Positions 41,714 through 51,690 of a DNA stretch of 64,000 bases are shown here, in pieces. The position numbers were made by a program, and so were the translations under genes. This DNA is from Candidatus Zhuqueibacterota bacterium (GTDB lineage Bacteria; Zhuqueibacterota; Zhuqueibacteria; Thermofontimicrobiales; Thermofontimicrobiaceae): contig JBMOPW010000007.1 in NCBI GenBank assembly GCA_049322915.1, positions 1 to 64,000 on the forward strand, written 5' to 3'. The first letter of the stretch is position 1; the number at the start of each line of letters is the position of its first letter. The notes beneath the pieces were generated by a model. It worked only from the letters and a program-made list of their open reading frames with translations, made no database searches and was not told where the DNA came from.

Positions 41714-42949
41714 ATGAAGATACAGAAAAACCTGTTACGAACTATTTTCATCGTCATTCTATTCGCGTCCCTTGCCCGAACCCAATCCCACGAAATGCCC
41801 TATGTCATCCTCGTCTCCTTCGATGGCTTTCGCTGGGATTATGTCCATCGGGGCCTGACGCCCAATCTGAAACACATGGAAATGAACGGCGTCTCTGCGC
41901 TTTCCTTGCGGCCGGTCTTCCCGTCGAAAACGTTTCCCAATCATTATTCGATCATCACCGGTCTCTACCCGGAACACCATGGCATCATTCACAATGATTT
42001 TATTGATCCTTTCAGCGGCGAACGCTACAAGATCGGTGATTCGAAATCTGTGCGCGACGCGAAGTGGTACACCGGCGAGGCGTTCTGGGAGACAGCGAAG
42101 CGCCAGGGCATCGTAACGGCCAGTTATTTCTGGCCCGGCTCGGAAGTGGAACTCAGCTATCGCCATCCGGATTATGTTGAATATTTTGACCACGACCGGT
42201 CATACGAAGCGCGGATCGATGGCGTGATGAACTGGCTGAAACTGCCGGAGAAGGCGCGGCCGCATTTCATCACGCTCTATTTTGAAGCCACGGACAGCTA
42301 CGGCCATGAGCACGGTCCGGATTCCGAAGAGACCAACGCCGCCATCAAACTCCTTGATTCCACGCTGGGACTGCTTTTTAAAAAACTGGACGAAATACAC
42401 TTGGCTCAGCGAACCAATGTGATCGTTGTTTCCGATCACGGCATGGCGCAGATCAATGCGGAGCGATATATCAACCTGTCCGAAATACTGAAGGGCTTCG
42501 ACGTACGCATCCAGGGGGATGGCCCTGTGGCGATGATCGATTGCGCGGAACAGGACATCGCTGCAATTTACCAGAGGCTAAAGTCGCAGGAATCGGATTA
42601 CGAGGTCTATCTCAAAGACGAAATGCCTGCCTGCTACCATTTCGCAGACCATCCGTTCATTTCGCCCATCATCGTCATCGCAAACGTCGGCGCCAGTCTG
42701 GGGGAAGGACTTGTGGATCGTCTTCACTACAAGCATCTCAGCGAGGGGGATCACGGTTATGATAACAACCATCTCGACATGCATGGAATTTTCTTCGCTG
42801 CCGGCCCGGCATTCAAAAAAGGGTATCGCACCGGCACGCTGTGGAGCATTGATATCTATCCCATGCTCTGCAAAATTTTCGATATTTCGCCCCGGGCGCC
42901 CATCGATGGGAATTTAGAGCGCATCGGATTCATTCTGAAAGAGCATTAA
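41714..42949 (+). CDS. Exported ectonucleotide pyrophosphatase/phosphodiesterase (ENPP, alkaline phosphatase superfamily)
   Basis: SFDGFRWDY, PSKTFPNHY, D..GH..GP, SDHGM and GDHGY motifs. Signal peptide. Confidence 0.92.
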   Translation: MKIQKNLLRTIFIVILFASLARTQSHEMPYVILVSFDGFRWDYVHRGLTPNLKHMEMNGVSALSLRPVFPSKTFPNHYSIITGLYPEHHGIIHNDFIDPFSGERYKIGDSKSVRDAKWYTGEAFWETAKRQGIVTASYFWPGSEVELSYRHPDYVEYFDHDRSYEARIDGVMNWLKLPEKARPHFITLYFEATDSYGHEHGPDSEETNAAIKLLDSTLGLLFKKLDEIHLAQRTNVIVVSDHGMAQINAERYINLSEILKGFDVRIQGDGPVAMIDCAEQDIAAIYQRLKSQESDYEVYLKDEMPACYHFADHPFISPIIVIANVGASLGEGLVDRLHYKHLSEGDHGYDNNHLDMHGIFFAAGPAFKKGYRTGTLWSIDIYPMLCKIFDISPRAPIDGNLERIGFILKEH

Positions 42950-43295
42950 TCCGGCAGCGATTCCGCAAGGCACACTCAGGATGCGCCGACGCCAGTGATG
43001 CTTACCTGAGAACAGACCCGATCCGGCAGAGGCCGGATTTTGAGCGTCGAACCGACATGCGATGAAATTCCGGGCGCGGGACTGCCGCCTCGCTCCATCC
43101 TCGTTTTTGAGGGTGAGTGTTTTAAACACTGCAATGCGCCGAATTCCTGTCGCAGGGCTTCGTGCGCGTGGAGTGCTGACGAGTTTATCATGACTTCGGG
43201 AATACACCGCATTGCGACGTGCCACATTTTTTCAGGCCCACCCACTTTCCAAATTTTCTCTCCTGCTGCATGTCATCGCTTCATTACAAAGAAAA

Positions 43296-43603
43296 GTAAC
43301 GGCTCAGGTTCCAGGTTTAAAGGTTCCCGGTTCCGGGTTAAAGAAAATTTTCGTCGCTATTCAGGCATGTAGTCTTGCCACGAAGTCAAACGAAGATGTC
43401 CTTTCATTCATTCATATTTTGTGAGATTCAATTTTTTTTTAACCAGGTTCATCTTTTCAGAATCGAATATTTTGGATCCATTTTTTTGTGCCTTCGAGAC
43501 TTTTGTGGCTGTACAATTTCGAATATTCATTTACAAAATATACATAATGAGATGATTCTGACCTTGAACCCTGAACGCTGAACCAGCCAACCTGAGTGGT
43601 TAC
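43296..43603. mobile_element. 308-bp non-autonomous MITE
   Basis: TIRs GTAACGGCTCAGGTT and AACCTGAGTGGTTAC (13/15 match). Flanking direct repeat AAAGAAAA at 43288-43295 and 43604-43611. Confidence 0.75.
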
Positions 43604-43729
43604 AAAGAAAAAATTATTGCCCGATTGAAAAAATGGTTAAAGCGCTGCATTGTTTGTTAAAGCCGTGATATGTTGGTGTCGATAGATTAGTAAAAAGGTC
43701 CATTAAAATCTATCGAGGTGAGGTGCGTG

Positions 43730-45037
43730 ATGAAGAGGCGAAGGACAGAACGTGAGAGGCGAATCGGAGCGATTCTTGGCTGCATGTTTTTTTCGGGATT
43801 GATGGTCTGGCCGTTGCCCGGCCGGGCGGACGAACCGAATTCAATGACATGCGATTACTGCAATTTTAAGATTGAAGAGGAAGCGATTACAGACCTGGAG
43901 CTGTATTTCCAGTTTCCGCATACGTCATTGACATTCCAGAAAGTGGACAGTGTATTTGCGGCGGAGACCGAAATTGCTGTCACACTCTTTGATGAGCAGG
44001 GTGAATTTGTGGACGAAATTTTCGTGGATCGAACCATCGAGGAAAAGGATTTTGATCGGACCATCTAGTTCGGGAATAAGACGCTCGTCCAATTCAATTT
44101 TGATGCGGAGCCTGGCTCGTACCGGGTGCACTTCAAATTGGTGGATCGGAATAGCGGAAACGAATTTGAGCTTAAAAATAATGTCGTTGTGAAATCATTC
44201 CCTGAAAAGGAACTGAGCCTCAGCGATATCGAGGTTGCAAGCAGCGTCGATCGCTCGGATGAGGAGACGAATTTTGTGAAAAATGGCAGGAAGGTCCTGG
44301 CGAATCCGAGCCGTCAGTTCGAAACCGGCAGCGAGGATGTGCACGTTTATTTTGAGATCTACAATTTGAACACCGCTGAGTCGAACGGCGCGAATACATT
44401 TCGCTTTGAATATGAAGTCAAAAACAGCGCTGAAGAGGTTGTCCGGGCGTATTACCAGAGCTACCCCAAACCGTATTCCAGCACATCGATCGATTTTGCC
44501 ATTCCCACAAAAAAGCTAGAGCCCGATGCCTATTCCCTGGCCGTGACCATCATCGATGAGGATACCCGCGCCAGAGCGATGGCTGTTGCAATGTTCAGCG
44601 TGACGCGCTCGCCGCTGGATGGCGACCCCACCGATTTTGATAGAACCATCGCCATGCTCCAACTGATTGGCGCCAAGTCTGAAATTGCGGAAATGAAAAA
44701 AGCATCCGAGTTGGAACGAAGAGCGCTGCTGACGAAATTCTGGCGCGGCAAAGATCCAACGCCGGGCACGCCTGAGAATGAACTGATGATTGAGTTCTAC
44801 AACCGAATCGACTATGCCAATGCGCACTATTCCACCGACCATGTGGAAGGCTGGAACACCGACCGCGGGAAAATTTTCATCAAACATGGCAAGCCGGATC
44901 GCATCACGCGTTCCGTGCCGATGGCTGGCTGGATTCGCTACGAAACCTGGGAGTACTGGAATAAAGGCCGGACGTTTATGTTCGGCGACAGGTTCGGATT
45001 TGGCAACTACACTATGATTGATTGGCTCATCTACTGA
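43730..45037 (+). pseudogene. GWxTD-domain protein interrupted by one in-frame TAG (44066-44068)
   Basis: ORFs 43718-44068 and 44126-45037 share a frame with open codons between them. FW..KDPTP.T..NE...EFY.R..YAN and GWNTDRG.I.I..G.PD motifs. Confidence 0.75.
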
Positions 45038-45066
45038 CGGCTTCTGCGTCAATGCAAAGGAAATCT

Positions 45067-45101
45067 GAAAGGCCGGCGATCATTGCCGGTCTTTCTTTTT
45101 T
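45067..45101 (+). terminator. Intrinsic terminator
   Basis: GAAAGGCCGGC-loop-GCCGGTCTTTC followed by a T-run. Confidence 0.75.
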
Positions 45102-45475
45102 AGTGATTCCATTGGCCTACAAACAGATGCGTCCGAATGAATTGAAAACCCAAATTCCTCTGCAAGAGTCGTGTCCCCGAGTGAATTCTACTGCATGTCC
45201 CCGGCTTTTATTTCCATCGCAGGCTGAAAAGCTGACCTTCACATCTGTCCGGGCTCGCCAACCGATCGTTCGGGATATTCATCCCGAACGGTGCATCGAA
45301 TCCGGAACATACGTTCCAATCCATTTACCGCGCTGGATAGATATCCAGCGCGATCATGATTATTGAACATACGCGTACTGGACGGTCGCGACCGTCCACT
45401 ACAGATACAAAAAAGTATCGAATTTATTGCACATGCGTTCAACCGGTCAATCATATTAACAGGGGATTTTTTCGC

Positions 45476-45504
45476 TTGACTAATAACTATTTATTTATTA
45501 CTTT
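45476..45504 (+). promoter_or_regulatory. sigma70-like promoter of the surface-protein operon
   Basis: TTGACT-N17-TACTTT, 50 nt upstream of ATG 45554. Confidence 0.55.
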
Positions 45505-45553
45505 TCCTTCCATAACAGAATCGTAATCATTTCACTTATGAGACTGGTAACGT

Positions 45554-47737
45554 ATGAAGTTAAAAAAAACGCTTCTCATTCTTGCTATCAGTTTAATCAA
45601 TTCCTCTCTGCCACTCGCTCAACAGGAAAGCCGTCCCGCCAGGCCAATGTTCAAACCCACTGTCGATGATAACTCAAAGTACACGAATATCGGGAATATC
45701 GGTTTAACGATCACGAATTTTGGAACGTTCGGCGATGGATTTGTCATTCAATCGCCAATGGACCAGCCTTCCTGCGAATACCCGCTGGGCTCAAAGATTG
45801 AGCACATTTTCGATGGCGGTCTCTGGGTTGGCGCGCGGTTGGAGGATGGCACCAAAAAGGTAACGACTGGCGCCGTGGATATTGCCTATCTGGTGGACAT
45901 CGCTTCGGGCTTCGAATTCACCAATACCGCTGATCCGGCCGATGTCGTGATTGAACGCTCGTCCCTGGTCAGCTCGCCGTTTTACCATCCGATAGCGATC
46001 AGTCATCAGGACTTTATATGCAATTTTTCGGACACCAACCTGTACATTCCTGAATTGCAGAACGCCCGCATTCCCAACCACTCGCCCATGGGCATTGCCG
46101 TGCATCAGGAAACGTACGCCTGGAACTATCCCTTTGCCGACGATTTTGTCATCCTTAATTATACCATCACGAACGTCAGTTCCGATACGCTGTGGGATAT
46201 TTACCTCGGGCTCTGGGCGGATCTGGTGGTGCGCAATACGAACATCACGCCGCCGCGCATTGGTACGCCGTTCTATACGCACGTAGGCAATAGCTATGTG
46301 GATTCGCTGAGAATGGCCTATGCCTATGATTATGATGGCGATCCCGGCTTTACCGATCCCGGTCTGTATGTGGGCATGAAGGTGCTGGGCGTAACACCCC
46401 AGGCCGATGACGATGTGTACACGTTGAACAGCAAGTACAACGCGTGGCGATTCCGCAACACCGATGATCCGGTTCTGTTTTCACCCACCGATGATGTGGC
46501 CCGCTACGAAAAAATGTCGACTTCGCTGCCTGTTGAAATTGTCGAAGGCGCGCCTGGTAATTACATGACACTGATCACCACCGGCCCGTTCGAACGGCTG
46601 GACCCTGATTCCTCCATCAATGTCGCGTTCAGCATCGTCTGCGGCGCCAAGGCCGGACTCGATCCGAACACCGACGACTCCGAGGAGAGCAAGGCGTATT
46701 TTTACACCAACGCCGGCTGGTCACAGACAGCGTACAACGGCGAGGACAGAAATTCCAACGGTCAAATCGATCCTTCCGAGGATGTGAATGGCAATGGCAT
46801 TCTCGATCCCGGTGAAGATACCAACGAGAATGGGCTGTTGGACCTCGGCGAGGACATCGACGCGGACGGCAAATTGACGCGATACGTGCTGCCGACGCCG
46901 CCAACACCGCCGGTATTTCGCGCCGTGCCGGAGAATAACAAAGTCACGATTTACTGGGCCAACAATTCAGAGAAGTCGCGCGACCTCATCACAGGTGATC
47001 AGGATTTTGAAGGCTACCGCATTTACAGGTCCCGATTGGGGGAAGACCTTGCCGGCAGAGACCTGCTCAGTTCATTGACTCTTCTGGCTGACTTCGATTC
47101 GATCGATGGCATCGGCTACGATACCGGTTTTAATTTCATCCGAATCCCAGCCGATTCGCTCATCTTCTTTGAAGATGAAATCAGCGATGGCGATACCATT
47201 TTCTATTGTTATAAATTTGAGAATTCGCAATTGTTGAATGGCTGGCAATACGCCTACTCTGTGACAGCGTACGACCGAGGCGATCCGGCCAATAAACTGG
47301 AAAGTCTGGAAAGCAGCTATCTGGCCAATGTGGTGCGCATTGCCCCGGGCACTCCGGCCAGCGATGACGACCGCGAAGCAGTCGCTGTCGGCGTTTATCC
47401 CAATCCCTATCGCACCCATGCAGCCTGGGATGGCACGCTGGAGCGGGATCGCAAGCTCTATTTCTTCAATTTACCGTCTCAGTGCGAAGTTCGAATTTTC
47501 ACCCTTGCCGGCGATCTGGTGGACAGCTTTGTTCACAATGGGGCTTCATACGCCGGGAGCGATATTCAATGGTTTCAGAAATTTTCCCGCGGCGAGACCG
47601 TCTTTGCCGGCGGGGAGCACGCCTGGGATCTGGTGACGAAGGATGATCAGGCAATAGCCACGGGGCTGTATTTGTTCACAGTCGAAAATTCTACGACTGG
47701 CACTATTCAGACCGGCAAATTTCTGGTGATTAAATAG
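45554..47737 (+). CDS. Secreted protein with DxNxNG Ca-binding repeats, FN3-like domain and T9SS-CTD-like C-terminus
   Basis: Signal peptide, four 12-aa ED.N.NG.LD repeats, DFEGYRIYRS...YSVTAYD and VYPNPY...IFTLAGDLV...WDL...GLYLF...GKFLVIK. Confidence 0.8.
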   Translation: MKLKKTLLILAISLINSSLPLAQQESRPARPMFKPTVDDNSKYTNIGNIGLTITNFGTFGDGFVIQSPMDQPSCEYPLGSKIEHIFDGGLWVGARLEDGTKKVTTGAVDIAYLVDIASGFEFTNTADPADVVIERSSLVSSPFYHPIAISHQDFICNFSDTNLYIPELQNARIPNHSPMGIAVHQETYAWNYPFADDFVILNYTITNVSSDTLWDIYLGLWADLVVRNTNITPPRIGTPFYTHVGNSYVDSLRMAYAYDYDGDPGFTDPGLYVGMKVLGVTPQADDDVYTLNSKYNAWRFRNTDDPVLFSPTDDVARYEKMSTSLPVEIVEGAPGNYMTLITTGPFERLDPDSSINVAFSIVCGAKAGLDPNTDDSEESKAYFYTNAGWSQTAYNGEDRNSNGQIDPSEDVNGNGILDPGEDTNENGLLDLGEDIDADGKLTRYVLPTPPTPPVFRAVPENNKVTIYWANNSEKSRDLITGDQDFEGYRIYRSRLGEDLAGRDLLSSLTLLADFDSIDGIGYDTGFNFIRIPADSLIFFEDEISDGDTIFYCYKFENSQLLNGWQYAYSVTAYDRGDPANKLESLESSYLANVVRIAPGTPASDDDREAVAVGVYPNPYRTHAAWDGTLERDRKLYFFNLPSQCEVRIFTLAGDLVDSFVHNGASYAGSDIQWFQKFSRGETVFAGGEHAWDLVTKDDQAIATGLYLFTVENSTTGTIQTGKFLVIK

Positions 47738-47762
47738 TGTCTGTCTGGAAAGTATCGTCTTT

Positions 47763-47884
47763 CTGTCATCCCTGCAATCTTTATGCAGGAATCTCTTGAT
47801 ATTTCGAAGGAGATTCCCGTTAAAAGCAAAGTCTGCTTTCATCTAAAAATATAATGCAACTTTGCAGGCATGCGGGAATGACAG
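47763..47884. repeat. GTCATYCCYGC-type palindromic repeat
   Basis: CTGTCATCCCTGCA ... TGCGGGAATGACAG with internal GGAATCTC/GAGATTCC. Confidence 0.65.
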
Positions 47885-47919
47885 CAACGGACATGTAATA
47901 ATTCTAAATTGCGGAGGCA

Positions 47920-49941
47920 ATGATGAAAAAAAGTTTGTTACTGTTCTGCCTGTTGTGCGCGTTAAGTCTGCCGGTGTTCGCATCGGACGCCCAGGTCGCG
48001 GCTTTTGATACCGTATCTGTTCGGGATATCCAATTCGTAGCGCCGGAATCCCTGGCAATCGGCGCCGATGATTCCTACTTTACCGGGGACACAGTGATCG
48101 TCGAGGGTGTTGTTGCAACCGGTCCTCGTTCGCTGTGGGCTGGCGCGCGCTGGTCGTTCATTCTGGTCGATGAAGCTGGCGGTGGATGGAATGGCATTCA
48201 GATCATTCAAAATGATACCACCAAAACCGGCACCAATGTGACCGCGTTGAAGCCGGGATACAAAGTGCGATTGACCGTGCTGATTGAAGAATATTGCTAT
48301 GGCGTCGCGCCTTCTCACACCCAGGCAGCGATGTTGGTGAACCCGCCTGTGCCGGTCGAACTACTGGGATTTGGCGTTGCAATCCCTGAGCCCACTTTGG
48401 TGACCTGCGCTGAACTCGCAGCCGACGTCGGCGAACAATACGAATGCACCCACGTTTCCATCAAAAATGCAACGGTTGTGAACAATAATTTGAGCAGCAA
48501 CCAGATGCTGATTATGGATGCCACCGGTCAGTTGGTGGTTGACGATTGGTCGCTGGAACTTTACGACAGTCTCGCAGAGGGTTCGTACGATTGGCCGTCC
48601 AACGGAACCAGCATCGACATCAGAGGGTATATTCGCAGCAATGCCAATGGCAATGGTTTTCAGATCGCGCCCATGTCGTCCGCCGATATCACCATTCTGA
48701 CTAATCCACCGCAGATTTCCAATGTGCAGCGTATGCCTGCCGCGCCGACATCGAACGACGATGTGATCGTTTCAGCGAAAATCAAAGATACCAATGGCAC
48801 GGTTCAATCGGCCCGGCTGCATTACAGGATCGGGGAGGGTCGCTGGCAGTTAGGCAATATGAGCGCAACTGATTCGATTTACACCCGAACCATCCCGAAG
48901 CAGCCGGACGGAACCAGGGTTTATTATTTTGTGAAAGCGACGGACGAGGTCGGCGACTGGGCCATGATGCCCGGCGATACTTCGGCGCTCCAATATTTTT
49001 ACACGGTCCGCGATGGCGGTCTGACCATTGAGGATCTTCAATGGACGCCCTTTAAAAATACAGATTCGCCGTATCTGGGCTATGTCGTAACTGTGTCCGG
49101 CGTTGTGTCTGCTTCACCGGAAGACTTTTTAGGCGATTATATTCTTCAGGATGGTGAATTGCCCTGGCGCGGGATTTGGGTGAACGATGCAGCCCATGTG
49201 CCCCAGCGCGGCGATTCCGTGCGCGTGACTGGAAAGGTGGAAGAAAACTACAATGTCACCCGGCTGAATCTGGTGACAGCTTTTGATTCGGTGGGAGTGG
49301 GAAAAACGATTGTCCCGATGAAAATCACCACCGGCCAGGCAACCACCGGCAGCGCAGAAGCTGAAAGCTACGAAGGAACCCTGATCCAATTCGATAATGT
49401 GCTCGTCAGTGATCCATTCCCGGATGCGCCGAATAACTATGGTGAACTCGAAATCAACGATGGCACAGGCGGCTACCGCGTGGATGAAAATAGCGACTTC
49501 GGAGGCAATTTTGATTCGACTTACGCCTTGAATGACAGGATCGAGACGATCATCGGAATCGGCTGGTTCTCGTTTTACAATTATAAACTGGAACCGCGAA
49601 ATCTCGATGATGTGATGGGCCATTACCCGGCTGGCGTCTCCAACGACAGGGGTGTATTCGTGCAAAATTATGCGCTGAATCAGAATTATCCCAATCCGTT
49701 CAATCCCTCCACGACCATTCAATTCAGCATTGGCGCGAACGAACTGGTCCAGGTGTCGGTATTCAATGTGTTGGGGCAGAAAATCAGGTCGCTGGTGAAT
49801 GAGCACCGCGTCGCCGGCCAGCACAGCATCCAGTGGGATGGGCTGAACGAGTTCGGCCAGAAGGTCTCCAGCGGACTTTATTTTTACAATCTGAAAGCCG
49901 GTGATTTTGTTCAAACAAAGAAAATGATTTTGATGCAATAA
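47920..49941 (+). CDS. Secreted protein with two OB-fold-like modules, an Ig-like domain and a FlgD-Ig/T9SS-type C-terminal domain
   Basis: Signal peptide. Duplicated (I.D.Q...G.V.V.GVV...G.VEE...E.YE..L) modules as in extracellular-nuclease OB folds. C-terminal LNQNYPNPFNP...SGLYFY...TKKMILMQ. Confidence 0.8.
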   Translation: MMKKSLLLFCLLCALSLPVFASDAQVAAFDTVSVRDIQFVAPESLAIGADDSYFTGDTVIVEGVVATGPRSLWAGARWSFILVDEAGGGWNGIQIIQNDTTKTGTNVTALKPGYKVRLTVLIEEYCYGVAPSHTQAAMLVNPPVPVELLGFGVAIPEPTLVTCAELAADVGEQYECTHVSIKNATVVNNNLSSNQMLIMDATGQLVVDDWSLELYDSLAEGSYDWPSNGTSIDIRGYIRSNANGNGFQIAPMSSADITILTNPPQISNVQRMPAAPTSNDDVIVSAKIKDTNGTVQSARLHYRIGEGRWQLGNMSATDSIYTRTIPKQPDGTRVYYFVKATDEVGDWAMMPGDTSALQYFYTVRDGGLTIEDLQWTPFKNTDSPYLGYVVTVSGVVSASPEDFLGDYILQDGELPWRGIWVNDAAHVPQRGDSVRVTGKVEENYNVTRLNLVTAFDSVGVGKTIVPMKITTGQATTGSAEAESYEGTLIQFDNVLVSDPFPDAPNNYGELEINDGTGGYRVDENSDFGGNFDSTYALNDRIETIIGIGWFSFYNYKLEPRNLDDVMGHYPAGVSNDRGVFVQNYALNQNYPNPFNPSTTIQFSIGANELVQVSVFNVLGQKIRSLVNEHRVAGQHSIQWDGLNEFGQKVSSGLYFYNLKAGDFVQTKKMILMQ

Positions 49942-49981
49942 TGAAACGCTGACTGTCGCGATGATTCTCTCTTGATTCAAT

Positions 49982-50013
49982 TCCTTCCGAAGGATCAACC
50001 CCCTTCGGAAGGA
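49982..50013. repeat. Intergenic double palindrome
   Basis: TCCTTCCGAAGG-ATCAACCC-CCTTCGGAAGGA. Confidence 0.55.
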
Positions 50014-50074
50014 GTTGGATGCCGCTGATAGCGGAGAAGATCATCCATTACTCTCACTTAACGACAACGATAAC

Positions 50075-51469
50075 ATGACCAAAAAAATTATCGTTTTTTA
50101 TCTGCTGCTACTGGGTATCCATTTGAGCTGTGGTGAAAAAATAACGGATAATCCCAGACCAAACCAACCACCGTCCACTCATCTCACGTTTTATCCGGAC
50201 GAAGAACTGGCCACGACCACCAGCCGGCAGGTGCTGCACTGGTGGGGCGACGATCCGGACGGGAAAGTCGTGATGTACCTCTACACCTGGGAAAACGATG
50301 CTGCCGTCCCGGCGCGATTCGATGCTGCGACAACGTTGGGCGCCTGGGATACCACGTCCGCTTACAGCGATACATTTTCGCTGGAGTTCCTGGAACTGGA
50401 TACGGTGTACACGTTCAGAATCAGCGCGGTGGACGACGAAGGGCTGGTGGATCCCACCCCGGCTGTGCAGGCGTTTCCCATTGCCAATACGCCGCCGGAA
50501 GTGGAGTTCGTCGTTTCAACTGACATTCCGGAGACGACGTTCACCGTGGCGTCATTTTATTGGAAAGGGACTGATCTGGACGGGGACGACACCATCGACC
50601 GCTACGAATACGTGCTGGATGACACCAGCGCCGAGTGGCGTTCGATTCCGGCAGACACGTCATTCCTCAATCTGAAAATTGCGGATGAACTTGGCGACAG
50701 GGCGCATGTCTTTTATCTGCGCGCCGTCGACATCGCCGGCGTGCCCAGCACCATCATTCGTATGCCCAGAAAAGAGACAAGCCTCTGGTACGTGCGTCGG
50801 CCAATCGGACACTATCTCATCATCGATGATTACGAGACTTACGACAACAATCAGTACATTTATCAGAAAACTTTGGACAGTCTCGGTCTGGATTATTCAG
50901 TCTGGAATATCAAGCTGAACCGAAACGGCGACACGGTCTATGACCTCATGCCCAGTTCGGTCGACATGTTCGCAGAAACCTTGCTGCTGTTCGATCGGGT
51001 GTTGTGGTACGCGGATTCGAATCCACATTTCGAAGAGGCTCAAATTGCCATTCCCCGGTTTCTCAAAGATGCCGGCAAGAAAATTTTCTTTTCCACTCAG
51101 TTCAGGGAGTTCTTCTCCGAGCAGGGCGACCCGCTTGAATTCTCGCCGGTGGACAGTCTGGGAAAAACATCCATCGATGTGCTGCCCGGGATTTATCTGG
51201 AGCCTGATGCCAATAAGGCCAGTTTCCCACGATTGAAAGCTGCATCGTGGATCCCGTTTGTCAAAGAATTGGCGCCCAAGATAAGCGCGCAGGTCCTGTA
51301 CCGATTGGCAGCCAATCCCGGCCTGTACGCCGGTCAACCGGTCATGGCCGTGGCGAACGCGGAGAATTCCTTTGTGTTTTTCGGGATCCCTTTTCACCAG
51401 TTGAATGCCGCTCAAAATGGCAAGCGTTTTTTATCGATCATTCTGCTGGATGAATTTGGCGCACCCTGA
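50075..51469 (+). CDS. Lipoprotein with two FN3/Ig-like domains
   Basis: MTKKIIV...IHLSC lipobox. Repeated N.PP...W.G.D.DG...F.(I/L).AVD..G motifs. Confidence 0.78.
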   Translation: MTKKIIVFYLLLLGIHLSCGEKITDNPRPNQPPSTHLTFYPDEELATTTSRQVLHWWGDDPDGKVVMYLYTWENDAAVPARFDAATTLGAWDTTSAYSDTFSLEFLELDTVYTFRISAVDDEGLVDPTPAVQAFPIANTPPEVEFVVSTDIPETTFTVASFYWKGTDLDGDDTIDRYEYVLDDTSAEWRSIPADTSFLNLKIADELGDRAHVFYLRAVDIAGVPSTIIRMPRKETSLWYVRRPIGHYLIIDDYETYDNNQYIYQKTLDSLGLDYSVWNIKLNRNGDTVYDLMPSSVDMFAETLLLFDRVLWYADSNPHFEEAQIAIPRFLKDAGKKIFFSTQFREFFSEQGDPLEFSPVDSLGKTSIDVLPGIYLEPDANKASFPRLKAASWIPFVKELAPKISAQVLYRLAANPGLYAGQPVMAVANAENSFVFFGIPFHQLNAAQNGKRFLSIILLDEFGAP

Positions 51470-51690
51470 TGTCCCTGGTACGTTGAGGCTGGTTGCATTG
51501 CGCGACAGGTCGTTTTGAAAATAAAATGTGAGTCCGGTGATGCGTCAGGACGGGACCTGAATTCGGGTGCCGGGCAGATTCTCTCTGCAATCGGCCGGGA
51601 GATCCCGCCCCTAGGAGGCATGTCGAGGATGACGCTTTTACAGAACGGACTCAACCCTGTGGCCTAACATTAAAAATTTGGTTGAAAAAC

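Noticed and set aside
42976..43424. Overlapping short ORFs near the MITE as a transposase
   Set aside because: No DDE or HUH motifs and no RBS. They cross the element boundary.
44066..44068. Genome-wide TAG recoding
   Set aside because: TAG ends many clearly complete genes here (pyrB, pyrC, ftsB, the TBDR at 54546), and no pyl genes are in the window.
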